Numbered from the stretch's first letter, positions 26,248 to 35,182 are shown. The stretch: DNA of 64,000 nt from Oscillospiraceae bacterium (GCA_017416325.1 JAFQCV010000006.1:72844-136843), one strand, 5' to 3'. Numbers and translations: made by a program. The notes: a model not told the origin generated them from the sequence alone.

Positions 26248-26595
26248 TGGTGGAGCCGAGGGGAATCGAACCCCTGTCCGAAAGCAACTTGGAAGGAACT
26301 TCTCCGGGCGCAGTTTGTTATTTACATTCCCTCAACCCGGCGAAAACAAACATCCTACGGGAATCAGTAGCTTCATGATGCGTGGCACGGGCAAAGCTTA
26401 CCGTACGCACGTTCTCCACTCAAATCACACCCAAGCCCGGCTCGTGGACCTTCCGGGGAGGATGCGCGCCTAATTAGGCAGCGAATGCAACAGTATTGTT
26501 GTCAGTTAAATTTAAAAGGTACCCGTTTTATCGTGGTCAGGCGCCACGGCCCGCTATTCCAGCCTCACTACCCCCGTCGAAACCAGTACGGCCCC
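26248..26595 (-). ncRNA. ssrA: tmRNA; predicted tag (A)DNNTVAFAA
   Basis: 5' GGGGCCGTACTGGTTTCGACGGGG, 3' GACAGGGGTTCGATTCCCCTCGGCTCCACCA; internal frame GAC AAC AAT ACT GTT GCA TTC GCT GCC TAA; 348 nt; downstream of smpB. Confidence 0.95.
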
Positions 26596-26653
26596 GGATA
26601 GTAAGCAAGAATCATTTGATGTTGTGGGGCGCTGTGCGCCCCACTGGGCTACA

Positions 26654-27193
26654 TTAGAATCTTCCGTAAGGATCGGGCAGCTTCTTCAGTTCTGCCAGCT
26701 CCGCGCCGTTGAGCTCCACGGTGATGGAAGCGATCTTCTGCTCGGCTACAGGGCGATCCTGAGGACCGGTCTGGGTGGCTGCGATAGCATCCACCACCTC
26801 AATACCAGAAGTTACCTTACCAAAGGCGGCATACTGTCCGTCCAGGTGCTTGGCATCCTGGTGCATAATAAAGAACTGGCTGCCGCCGGAGTTGGGGGAG
26901 GAGGAACGGGCCATGGAAAGAACGCCCCGCTTGTGCTTCAGATCGTTCTTGACACCGTTAAAGAAAAACTCGCCCTTGATGCAGTAGCCGGGGCCGCCCA
27001 TGCCGGTTCCTTCCGGGCAGCCGCCCTGGATCATGAAGCCTGGGATGACCCGATGAAAGATCAGTCCGTCATAGTAGTTGTGGCTGCACAGATCTACGAA
27101 GTTGGCAACACTCTGGGGTGCCTTCTCGGGATACAGTTCGCCCTCGATAATGCCGCCGTTTTCCATTGTGATCTTAAAAGTAGGATTTGCCAT
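26654..27193 (-). CDS. cyclophilin-type peptidyl-prolyl cis-trans isomerase
   Basis: APQSVANF, YDGLIFHRVIPGFMIQGG, GVLSMAR, SGGSQFFI, HLDGQYAAFG. Confidence 0.93.
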   Translation of the reverse strand: MANPTFKITMENGGIIEGELYPEKAPQSVANFVDLCSHNYYDGLIFHRVIPGFMIQGGCPEGTGMGGPGYCIKGEFFFNGVKNDLKHKRGVLSMARSSSPNSGGSQFFIMHQDAKHLDGQYAAFGKVTSGIEVVDAIAATQTGPQDRPVAEQKIASITVELNGAELAELKKLPDPYGRF

Positions 27194-27194
27194 A

Positions 27195-27656
27195 TTAATA
27201 TCTCTCCTTCATAGCCCGGTCGATTTGACGCTTGGCGTCTTTCTCTGCCGCGGCTTGTCTTTTATCATATAATTTCTTACCCTTGCACAGTCCGATCTTG
27301 ACCTTTACAAGGCTGCCTTTTAAATAGACGGAAAGGGGGATGATGGAATAACCGTCCTGCTTGACCTTGCCAAACAGCCGCATAATCTCCCGTTTATGCA
27401 TCAAAAGCCTTCTGGGGCGTCTGGGGTCGGGGTTAAAGCGGTTTCCGTGGTCATAGGGGGAGATGTGCATTTGGTTGACCAAAAGCTCACCGTCTTTGAT
27501 TCCGCACCAACTGTCCTTCAGATTGAGTGTGCCGGCCCGGATAGACTTTACTTCAGTGCCTTGCAGTTCAATTCCTGCTTCAAACTCTTCTTCAATGAAG
27601 TATTCATGTCTGGCTTCCCGGTTGGTTGCCATGATTTTGACGCTCAGTTTTTCCAA
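27195..27656 (-). CDS. smpB: SsrA-binding protein
   Basis: NREARHEY, EAGIELQGTEVKS, R.R.LLMHKREI, GKKLYDKR; TTG start after AGGAGG. Confidence 0.97.
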   Translation of the reverse strand: MEKLSVKIMATNREARHEYFIEEEFEAGIELQGTEVKSIRAGTLNLKDSWCGIKDGELLVNQMHISPYDHGNRFNPDPRRPRRLLMHKREIMRLFGKVKQDGYSIIPLSVYLKGSLVKVKIGLCKGKKLYDKRQAAAEKDAKRQIDRAMKERY

Positions 27657-27704
27657 GACGGCTCACCTCCTTGCTGAGAGCATTATACCATAAATGTCAA
27701 GCTA

Positions 27705-28370
27705 TCAAAACAGAAATTCTTCGAATTCTTGTGTTGTTTGAAAGCTATAATTGCATAGCTGATTCATTTCTGTGCCGATTTCCGGTACGCCCAGGTCGTT
27801 CCAACCTGCGTAGGCTACGGCGATTCCCAGAGGCGCGGCCATTTTGCAGGCCAGCTTCATATCGTCAACCACAAGAATTTGATCATTGGTAAGGGAAAAT
27901 CGGCGCATAATATCCTGTAAAGGATATGGGTTGGGTTTTCTTTGCTGTTCCGGCAGTTCCCAGCCATATACAGCATCCGGTAAAAATCCAAAATGGGTAC
28001 GGTAGTCTCGCAGAATATTATCTTTACTGGAATGGGACACCACGCAAATCAGTCCGCCGGCTTCTTTCTGGTGCTTAAGAATATTCTCAATATCGGGGTA
28101 GGGGGCCGGTGTGTTTTGCAGCACATAGTCCATCCACATAGTATGCTCTTGGGCCAGTTCTTCTTCTGTAAAACCAAAGCGCAGCCGGCAAAGCTCTGCA
28201 AAACCGTAGTGGTGGCAATCACGCACAAAATCCGAAAAAGACATGGTTTTCCCCGGCCGGAATACTTCAAGCACATATAGAAAAAAGGGATAGCTCATTG
28301 TTTTCATGCTTTGCACAACGGTATCATCATGATCCATAACCAAGCAGGAGTATTTCAGCACAGGGTCCAC
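27705..28370 (-). CDS. HAD-superfamily hydrolase
   Basis: DHDDT motif I, VSHS, KPNP, VDD. Confidence 0.8.
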   Translation of the reverse strand: MDPVLKYSCLVMDHDDTVVQSMKTMSYPFFLYVLEVFRPGKTMSFSDFVRDCHHYGFAELCRLRFGFTEEELAQEHTMWMDYVLQNTPAPYPDIENILKHQKEAGGLICVVSHSSKDNILRDYRTHFGFLPDAVYGWELPEQQRKPNPYPLQDIMRRFSLTNDQILVVDDMKLACKMAAPLGIAVAYAGWNDLGVPEIGTEMNQLCNYSFQTTQEFEEFLF

Positions 28371-28434
28371 CTCTTTTTGGAGAATATTTGTATTATACCA
28401 AACTCACTGACTACTGGCAACCGGAAAATTCCTC

Positions 28435-28463
28435 TTGCTATAACCGAACAAATGTGTTATTAT
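28435..28463 (+). promoter_or_regulatory. sigma-A promoter with an imperfect LexA (Cheo) box between -35 and -10
   Basis: TTGCTA (28435-40), 17 nt, TATTAT (28458-63); CGAACAAATGTGT at 28445-28457 vs Firmicute consensus GAAC-N4-GTTC. Confidence 0.55.
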
Positions 28464-28487
28464 AAATACAAATAGGAGGTGAGCGGT

Positions 28488-28754
28488 ATGGGGATCAATT
28501 GTCCTGTGGATGTGATATCCGTATGCAGTGCCAATGGGGATATCCGGCCGCTGCGCTTTCGGATGGAGGACGATTCCCATGGACTGCTGCGTATTGATAT
28601 CGATGAAGTGGTAGGAATGAAACCCGTGCAATATGTAGGTGTTGAAGCGCAGATATTTCTGTGCAAGGCGACCGTAAAAGGGAAGCAATGGCTGTTTGAG
28701 CTGAAGTATACCATTCGTACCCATACTTGGTGTTTATTCCGGAGGATCTACTAA
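28488..28754 (+). CDS. small hypothetical protein translationally coupled to dinB
   Basis: AGGAGG RBS, ATG 28488, 88 aa; TAATG overlap with the polymerase start. Confidence 0.75.
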   Translation: MGINCPVDVISVCSANGDIRPLRFRMEDDSHGLLRIDIDEVVGMKPVQYVGVEAQIFLCKATVKGKQWLFELKYTIRTHTWCLFRRIY

Positions 28755-30031
28755 TGGAAAACAGGGTGATATTTCATGTGGATGCCAACTCTGCTTTTCT
28801 TAGCTGGTCTGCGGCTTACCGGGTGAAGGTGCTGCAGGAGACGGAGGATCTTCGGGAGGTTCCCTCTGTAGTGGCAGGAGACAAAGCGTCCCGTCATAGT
28901 ATCATTTTAGCAAGAAGTACGCCGGCCAAAAAACTGGGCATCCAGACGGGTGAGCCGCTGTTTCAAGCGCTGGAGAAGTGTCCGAGCTTAAAAATCGTTC
29001 CCCCGGATTATGAATTGTATGTGAGAGCTTCCCGGAGCTTTGTAGAGCTTTTGAGAAGCTTTACCCCTGCTGTGGAGCAATATTCTATCGATGAGGCCTG
29101 GATGGATATGACCGGGACCACCCGGCTTTGGGGATCCCCCAGATTGGCGGCAGAGAAGCTGCGGCAGCGGGTATGGGAAGAACTTGGCTTTACTGTGAAT
29201 GTGGGGATTTCCTCAAACAAGATTTTGGCAAAAATGGCGGGAGACTTCGAAAAACCAAACAAAGTCCATACGCTGTTCCCGGAGGAAATGGCAGATAAAA
29301 TGTGGCCGCTTCCTGTGCGAGATCTGTTTTTGGTAGGCGCGGCGACAGAAAGAAAGCTGAATCTTTTAGGAATTTATACCATTGGTCAACTGGCTGGGGC
29401 GGATGTGACTTTACTGAAGCGAAAGCTGGGAAAACACGGAGAAACCATCTGGCATTTTGCCAATGGCCGCAATGCAGACCTGGTTACTCCGGAACCGGCA
29501 GAAAACAAAGGTTACGGAAATTCTACCACCACACCCCGGGATGTAACTTCAGAGCAGGAGGCGTATCAGATCCTTTTGAGCCTGTGTGAAACGGTGGCCA
29601 GCCGGATGCGCCAAGACGGCCAGTGCGGGCGGTGTATTTGTGTGCATCTTCGCACCAATGAATTTCGGAATTTTTCTCACCAAAGCATGCTGACAGGCGC
29701 AACCAATATTACCACAGAGATCTTTGAAGCGGCCTGCAAGGTGTTTCATGAAGCTTGGGACGGCGTGACACCACTGCGTCAGCTTGGGGTACAGATGACA
29801 CGACTATCCAAAGAACCCTATCAGCAATTTGACCTTTTTTCTGAGATGTCACCTCAGCGATATGAAAAAAAGCTGCGTTTAGATGAGGCTGTGGACAGCT
29901 TGCGGGATAAATTTGGAGAAGATATTATCCAAAGGGGCAGATTTGTCAATACCGGAGAAGTTCATATGGGCGGTGGCTTGGACAAAACGCGTCGCACAGG
30001 TGTCACCAAGCCAATCCCAAATGAAATATAA
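28754..30031 (+). CDS. dinB: Y-family DNA polymerase (DinB/Pol IV-like)
   Basis: FHVDANSAFLS, EQYSIDEAWMD, NKILAKMA....KP, and a C-terminal QFDLF beta-clamp-binding-like motif. Confidence 0.9.
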   Translation: MENRVIFHVDANSAFLSWSAAYRVKVLQETEDLREVPSVVAGDKASRHSIILARSTPAKKLGIQTGEPLFQALEKCPSLKIVPPDYELYVRASRSFVELLRSFTPAVEQYSIDEAWMDMTGTTRLWGSPRLAAEKLRQRVWEELGFTVNVGISSNKILAKMAGDFEKPNKVHTLFPEEMADKMWPLPVRDLFLVGAATERKLNLLGIYTIGQLAGADVTLLKRKLGKHGETIWHFANGRNADLVTPEPAENKGYGNSTTTPRDVTSEQEAYQILLSLCETVASRMRQDGQCGRCICVHLRTNEFRNFSHQSMLTGATNITTEIFEAACKVFHEAWDGVTPLRQLGVQMTRLSKEPYQQFDLFSEMSPQRYEKKLRLDEAVDSLRDKFGEDIIQRGRFVNTGEVHMGGGLDKTRRTGVTKPIPNEI

Positions 30032-30059
30032 AAACCGCTCTGTACCAGAGCGGTTTTTT
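30030..30059. terminator. bidirectional terminator
   Basis: aaaaaccgctctg-(tac)-cagagcggttttt. Confidence 0.8.
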
Positions 30060-30066
30060 AAGAGGA

Positions 30067-30318
30067 TCAAAGCTTGGCTTTAGCTTCCTTCAAAGCAGTT
30101 GCCAGCTGGTCGGGGCAGGAGGTATTCTTCATGCCGCAGGTAGTGCCCTCCAAACGGGCGATGACTTCGTCGATATCCATACCTTCCACCAAAGAGCTGA
30201 TGCCCTTGAGATTGCCGTTACAGCCGCCAATGTACTGGACATTTTTGAGCTTTCCGTCTTCAATTTCAAAGTTAATGTACTGAGAACAGGTTCCTTTGGT
30301 CTTGTATTCGAATTGCAT
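30067..30318 (-). CDS. TIGR03905-family TSCPD-domain protein
   Basis: KG.CS, GGCNGNL.GI..LVEG, G..CG...TSCPDQLA; start ATG 30318. Confidence 0.88.
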   Translation of the reverse strand: MQFEYKTKGTCSQYINFEIEDGKLKNVQYIGGCNGNLKGISSLVEGMDIDEVIARLEGTTCGMKNTSCPDQLATALKEAKAKL

Positions 30319-30337
30319 AGATATTTCTTCCTTTCTT

Positions 30338-30811
30338 TTATTTACACAAATCATCGGTAACAGCGCCGATAAGCGCAATCAGCGGCTCCGGTGGAAGGAT
30401 CATTTGATGTCCACGTTCACCGGCAGAAACCGCAATTTCATCCCAGAGGATACAGGTTTCATCAAAATGCGTGGGATACCTTTTCTTCATTCCCACAGGG
30501 CTGCAGCCACCGCGGATATATCCGGTCAGACCAAGCAGTTCCTTCACTGCCACCAGTTCCATACTTTTATCACCGGCGGCTTTTGCTGCCTTTTTTAAAT
30601 CCAATTCACAGCACACAGGGATACAGAAAACATGGATGCCGGTACGCTCGCCTCTGGCAACCAGAGTCTTAAAAACCTGTTCCGGCGGAAAACAAAGGGC
30701 AGCTGCCGCGTGATTTCCGCTTAAATCGTTTTCGTCATATTCGTAAAAAAATTCCCGGCAGGGGATATGTGCCTGCTGCACCAAACGAACTGCATTGGTC
30801 TTTGCTGCCAT
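30338..30811 (-). CDS. ybaK: Cys-tRNA(Pro) deacylase
   Basis: KTNA.R, QVFKTLV, LDLKK.A, TGYIRGGCSP.G.K, SAG.RG. Confidence 0.92.
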   Translation of the reverse strand: MAAKTNAVRLVQQAHIPCREFFYEYDENDLSGNHAAAALCFPPEQVFKTLVARGERTGIHVFCIPVCCELDLKKAAKAAGDKSMELVAVKELLGLTGYIRGGCSPVGMKKRYPTHFDETCILWDEIAVSAGERGHQMILPPEPLIALIGAVTDDLCK

Positions 30812-30949
30812 GTTAAATCACCGGGAAACATTATACTACATTTTTCTAAGGCTTGCAAGCGGTCAATCGAGAAAAGCTTTGCAGATTGCTTGCCTTTTTC
30901 GGGAAACTGTGGTAATATATTGCCATCATTATCCTAAGAGGCGATTTTT

Positions 30950-31966
30950 ATGGAACAGGTAGAAATTTCTAAAAAGAGAATGCTCTCAGGCATCAAACCC
31001 AGCGGTGACCTTACATTGGGAAGTTATTTGGGCGCGGTTAAGAACTGGGCTGAGCGAGCGGAGCAGTATGATTGCTTCTATTTTATGGCGGATCTGCATG
31101 CGATTACGGTTCGCCAGAACCCGGCAGATCTCCGCCGCCGCACTTTGGAGCAGTTGGCGCAGTATATTGCTTGCGGTCTGGATCCTGATAAAAACACACT
31201 GTTTATACAAAGCCATGTGCATCAGCATGCTGAGCTGGGGTGGGTGCTTGACTGCTACTCTATGTTCGGCGAGCTTAGCCGGATGACCCAGTTTAAGGAC
31301 AAGTCTGCCAAAAATGCGGACAATATCAATGCTGGGCTGTTTACTTATCCCAGCTTGATGGCTGGTGATATTCTGCTTTATCAGCCGGATTTGGTTCCTG
31401 TTGGAGAGGATCAGAAACAGCATGTGGAGCTGACCCATGTGATCGCTCGCCGTTTCAATAGCATTTACGGCGATGTATTTAAGATTCCTGAGCCCTTTAT
31501 TCCCAAGGTCGGTGCCAGAGTTATGAGCTTGACGAATCCTCAGGCTAAGATGTCTAAGTCCGAAAATGAGGACACCGGCCGTGTTCTGCTGATGGACCCT
31601 CCTGAGGTGATCATGAAGCAGTTCAAGCGGGCAATCACGGATTCGGATACAGAAAACTGCGTCCGCTACGATAAAGAAAACAAGCCTGGTGTATCCAATT
31701 TGATGACGATCTACTCTGCTGTAACCGGAAAGACATTTGAGCAGATCGAATCAGAATTCTCCGGCTGTGGTTACGGGAAGTTTAAGCCGGCTGTTGGTGA
31801 AGCGGTTGTAGAGCATTTGCGTCCCATTCGGGAGGAATCTGCCCGTTTGATGAAAGATAAGGCCTATCTGGAGTCTGTATACCGGGAAGGCGCCCAGAAG
31901 GCATCTTTCGTAGCGGAGAAAACTCTGCGAAAGGTCTACAAAAAAGTTGGTTTCGTTGCAAAATAA
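30950..31966 (+). CDS. trpS: tryptophan--tRNA ligase
   Basis: SGIKPSGDLTLGSYLGA, ADLHAIT, YP.LMA.DIL, VPVGEDQKQH, KMSKS. Confidence 0.97.
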   Translation: MEQVEISKKRMLSGIKPSGDLTLGSYLGAVKNWAERAEQYDCFYFMADLHAITVRQNPADLRRRTLEQLAQYIACGLDPDKNTLFIQSHVHQHAELGWVLDCYSMFGELSRMTQFKDKSAKNADNINAGLFTYPSLMAGDILLYQPDLVPVGEDQKQHVELTHVIARRFNSIYGDVFKIPEPFIPKVGARVMSLTNPQAKMSKSENEDTGRVLLMDPPEVIMKQFKRAITDSDTENCVRYDKENKPGVSNLMTIYSAVTGKTFEQIESEFSGCGYGKFKPAVGEAVVEHLRPIREESARLMKDKAYLESVYREGAQKASFVAEKTLRKVYKKVGFVAK

Positions 31967-31973
31967 TCGAAAA

Positions 31974-32003
31974 AGCAGCATCTTCATTTCGGAGATGCTG
32001 CTA
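31974..32003. terminator. terminator hairpin after trpS
   Basis: agcagcatct-(loop)-agatgctgct. Confidence 0.65.
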
Positions 32004-32030
32004 TTATAATATGACACGGTTTTTCCGGCA

Positions 32031-32366
32031 TTACATATACAAATACAGCGCCAAAGTAAGGAGCGCGGTATTTTGATTTTCCTTACTGTCGCCGGACATC
32101 AAAAGCAGCAGCAGAATCACCAGAAGATCCCCGGTGTCAAAATCTTTTGGGAGTAACTGCCGTAAAAATCCTTCTACGTTCGTTCCGCTGGGGGTTGGCC
32201 TGTAGGGCTTTTCGGATATGGGAGCTGTGTAGCAGGGAGGCTCAGTCTGACATGTTTGCTGGGGCGTATCCGCTTTTGGAGACTGCTTATTTCCCTCGCT
32301 GCGCTGTTCCTGCACCCGGCTTCTACGGTAAGAACCATCCGATTGGGGGATGTAACGGTTATACAC
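32031..32366 (-). CDS. hypothetical protein
   Basis: 111 aa; MYNRYIP..DG.Y N-terminus and hydrophobic C-terminus (DTGDLL..LLLLL); third of three tightly packed genes. Confidence 0.7.
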   Translation of the reverse strand: MYNRYIPQSDGSYRRSRVQEQRSEGNKQSPKADTPQQTCQTEPPCYTAPISEKPYRPTPSGTNVEGFLRQLLPKDFDTGDLLVILLLLLMSGDSKENQNTALLTLALYLYM

Positions 32367-32372
32367 GCAGCA

Positions 32373-32747
32373 TCACCAACCTTTTCCCTTGCTACCCAGC
32401 GCAGCGGCGGCAAAGCTGGCGATTTTTGCGGCGCGCATGGCTTTTTCCAGTTTTGCGATCCGGCTTTGGCACAGGAATGGACTAAGCGCCCGCAGCAAGC
32501 CTTGCTGGTTCTTATCAATGTTGGTTTGCTGGGTCGCTGCGAAGACCTTTTGAAGCATCTCGCTGTCAAGATTGAGCATTGGTGCGCCGGTTTGCTGTAC
32601 CGGTTTTTCCGGGAAAGAGGGCTCTTGTCTCTTCGGGGGTTCGTTTGCTGGATCTGACTGCCCTAACGATTGCGCCATGGCCATAATTTGGGACATCATC
32701 TGCGGGTTGGCCAGAACAGAATTCAACTTATCCTCCAGATTATCCAC
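32373..32747 (-). CDS. hypothetical helical protein
   Basis: 124 aa, GTG start after GGGGGTG; LL.AL.PFL...R..KL..AM..AK pattern. Confidence 0.7.
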   Translation of the reverse strand: MDNLEDKLNSVLANPQMMSQIMAMAQSLGQSDPANEPPKRQEPSFPEKPVQQTGAPMLNLDSEMLQKVFAATQQTNIDKNQQGLLRALSPFLCQSRIAKLEKAMRAAKIASFAAAALGSKGKGW

Positions 32748-32751
32748 CCGG

Positions 32752-32982
32752 TCACCCCCTTAACCGTTCCAACAGGGCTTTGGTCTCCGGGGTGGCCATG
32801 ATCCCTTCCAAGGCTTTTTTTAGCTGCGCATAGTCACCGGAGGCGGCCAGGGCGAAAGCTTGTTCCATTTCCTTGCTGTGCTTGCTGTTTAAGGCGGAAA
32901 GGAGCTGCTTTCCTGCCTCGCTATTTGCCAGTGCGGCAGCTTCCTGGATGGAATTAGGGCTGAAATCAGGTTGTTTTTGCAT
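32752..32982 (-). CDS. hypothetical protein
   Basis: 76 aa from ATG 32982 after GGAGG; first gene of the three-gene unit. Confidence 0.65.
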   Translation of the reverse strand: MQKQPDFSPNSIQEAAALANSEAGKQLLSALNSKHSKEMEQAFALAASGDYAQLKKALEGIMATPETKALLERLRG

Positions 32983-33144
32983 AGAGGTACCTCCATTACG
33001 GTCTGGATATTCCTGAAGTATTCTATGCATCCTAGACATGTATTGTTCCTGTTTGATTGTTTATGAAAAAATATGTTTGGAAGGTAGAATTTTATTGAAA
33101 TTTGTGTTATACTGCAAGCATTAAAGTGTATGGTTGGTTAATAT

Positions 33145-33642
33145 ATGAAGATTTTAGTGCTGTCAGATTCTCACAGCGGACTTGCTTTTATGCGATATGC
33201 GATCCGTTCAATAAAGCCGGATGCTGTGATCCACTTGGGAGACCACTATGATGATGGCCAGTCGATGGCGGAGGAGTTTCCCAATGTAACCTTTCATCAG
33301 GTTTGCGGAAATTGTGACCGCTATCGCTGTCCCCCCTTTGCCCGAGAGTTTTTGTGCTACTCTGTTTGCGGCGTAAAGCTTTATATGACTCACGGACATA
33401 TTCATGGTGTGAAAATGGGACTGTACCGACTTTTGAAGGATGCAAGGGATAACGGTGTCCAAGCTGTAGTCTATGGGCATACCCATATTGCTGATTGTCA
33501 CCAGGAGGTAGATGGCCTATGGGTGCTCAATCCCGGAAGCTGCGGTTCTTTTGGTGGTAGCGCAGGATTGATTCAGACCTGTGGAAATAAAATTACTGAC
33601 TGCAGAATTTTGCGGCATGCGGATATGGAGGAAATGATATGA
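33145..33642 (+). CDS. YfcE/MJ0936-family metallophosphoesterase
   Basis: SDSH, HLGD, GNCD, THGH, GHTH, NPGS. Confidence 0.9.
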   Translation: MKILVLSDSHSGLAFMRYAIRSIKPDAVIHLGDHYDDGQSMAEEFPNVTFHQVCGNCDRYRCPPFAREFLCYSVCGVKLYMTHGHIHGVKMGLYRLLKDARDNGVQAVVYGHTHIADCHQEVDGLWVLNPGSCGSFGGSAGLIQTCGNKITDCRILRHADMEEMI

Positions 33643-34409
33643 TTCTGGCAGTAGACATTGGTAATTCCAATATTGTCATTGGCGGTATCGAACAGGATGA
33701 AATCGTTTTTCAGGCCCGGCTAAGAACCGATTCCACCAAAACATCGGACGAGTACTGCATTGACTTGAAGATGATTTTGGATGTTTATGAGGTGCGACCA
33801 AAATCCATTGATGGATCGATCATTGCATCTGTCGTACCGCAGGTACTCAACTCCATGAAGACGGCATTACGCAAGCTGATTGGGAAAACCAGCTTGGTGG
33901 TAGGGCCTGGGTTGAAAACCGGTTTGAACATTCAGGTGGAGAACCCATCCCAAACCGGCGCGGATATTGTAGTTGGTTGCGTTGCTGCCTTGCAGGAACA
34001 CAAGCCGCCACTGATCGTAATTGATATGGGCACTGCAACTACCATGGCAGTAATTGATAAAAACGGTTCCTTTATTGGCGGCAGTATCAGTCCCGGTGTT
34101 AAGATCTCTGTAGATGCGCTCACTGAGAGAACGGCGCTGTTGCCCGGACTGCAGTTGGATGAGCCTAAGAAAGCCATTGGCAGAAATACGATAGAGTGTA
34201 TGCGTAGCGGCATTATGCTTGGAAATGCCTGCATGATCGACGGTATGATCCAGCAAATGGAAAACGAATTGGGCAGCACGGCGCAAGTAGTGGCGACCGG
34301 TGGCATTGCTAAATTCGTGCTGCCCATGTGCAGTAAGCCTATTATTTATGACAATGATCTTCTTCTAAAGGGGCTTGCGGTGCTTTACAAGGAGAATACG
34401 CGGTCTTAA
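33639..34409 (+). CDS. coaX: type III pantothenate kinase
   Basis: DIGNSN, SVVP, GAD, IDMGTATT, GG.I.PG, ATGG. Confidence 0.93.
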   Translation: MILAVDIGNSNIVIGGIEQDEIVFQARLRTDSTKTSDEYCIDLKMILDVYEVRPKSIDGSIIASVVPQVLNSMKTALRKLIGKTSLVVGPGLKTGLNIQVENPSQTGADIVVGCVAALQEHKPPLIVIDMGTATTMAVIDKNGSFIGGSISPGVKISVDALTERTALLPGLQLDEPKKAIGRNTIECMRSGIMLGNACMIDGMIQQMENELGSTAQVVATGGIAKFVLPMCSKPIIYDNDLLLKGLAVLYKENTRS

Positions 34410-34410
34410 G

Positions 34411-34578
34411 TCAAAGGGTGACCAGGAAAAGAATTGCAACAACGATTCCTAATGTTGTCGCCCCGGTGAGCAGATAGTCGATAAATTTGTTCAGTCGGTA
34501 GCCTTGTGTGGCTGCATTGGGAAAAGAAGTCTGAGCTTTTGTATATCTTTTGTGATAGATTGCAGTTCTTGATTTCAT
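34411..34578 (-). CDS. small 55-aa protein with a C-terminal TM helix (absent from the ORF track)
   Basis: MKSRTAIYHKRYTKAQTSFPNAATQGYRLNKFIDYLLTGATTLGIVVAILFLVTL; AAGGAGG RBS at 34587-34593. Confidence 0.65.
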   Translation of the reverse strand: MKSRTAIYHKRYTKAQTSFPNAATQGYRLNKFIDYLLTGATTLGIVVAILFLVTL

Positions 34579-34726
34579 AGTGTTTGCCTCCTTAATGTCT
34601 TTTGTAACTTAAGGATACAATACAAAAGGTACAACAAAACGGACTGTAATAAGATTGTTGCATACCGCTGAATAATATGATATAATATTTCTATACAGTA
34701 ATACACATATGGTGAGGTGTGGTTAA

Positions 34727-35146
34727 ATGGTTTATTGGGTTAGGTTTCTTGCCTTCTGGCAGAGATTTATGGACCGTGTCCAGATCATACTGGCCAATTT
34801 GCGAAAATTCTTTGCAAAAACCGCCAAGTTTCTGGAAAGATTTATCTTTGAAGTTTCCAAACTGAAAAAGATTATCGCAACTGTTCCGGTTGCCATAGGC
34901 GCGGTGATTCTTGCGTTTTACAATATGGCAAATCTTCCGAAAGTGGTTGGCTTGGATTTGCTGGAAAGCGGCGCTTTTACCTACCAGATCCCCAGGGGGA
35001 TCGCAGTTTTTGCACCCCTTGCTGTTACAGGCGTGTGTCTGCTTTTGATGTTTTGCTCCAGAAGAATTTTAACACCCTGGCTTGTTAGCGTTATTTCCTT
35101 GTTGATCCCGGTTGCCATTTTGATCACCAATATATTTCCTGCTTAA
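34727..35146 (+). CDS. hypothetical membrane protein
   Basis: 139 aa, three hydrophobic segments; GAGGTG RBS. Confidence 0.7.
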   Translation: MVYWVRFLAFWQRFMDRVQIILANLRKFFAKTAKFLERFIFEVSKLKKIIATVPVAIGAVILAFYNMANLPKVVGLDLLESGAFTYQIPRGIAVFAPLAVTGVCLLLMFCSRRILTPWLVSVISLLIPVAILITNIFPA

Positions 35147-35181
35147 AAAGTGCGCTGTTTTCTAAAAAACAGCGCACTTTT
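35146..35181. terminator. bidirectional terminator
   Basis: aaaagtgcgctgtttt-(loop)-aaaacagcgcactttt. Confidence 0.8.
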
Positions 35182-35182
35182 A

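Noticed and set aside
26105-26287. Short ORFs across RNA genes and their downstream elements (also 37777-38007, 53796-54101, 53989-54171)
   Set aside because: They run through tmRNA/tRNA sequence and palindromes; not credible proteins.
26624-27214. 196-aa plus-strand ORF
   Set aside because: Antisense shadow of the cyclophilin gene.
30812-30949. T-box leader for trpS (also considered for gltX at 6725-6872)
   Set aside because: Intergenic regions are short, shared with divergent promoters, and lack the AGGGTGGNACCGCG T-box motif.
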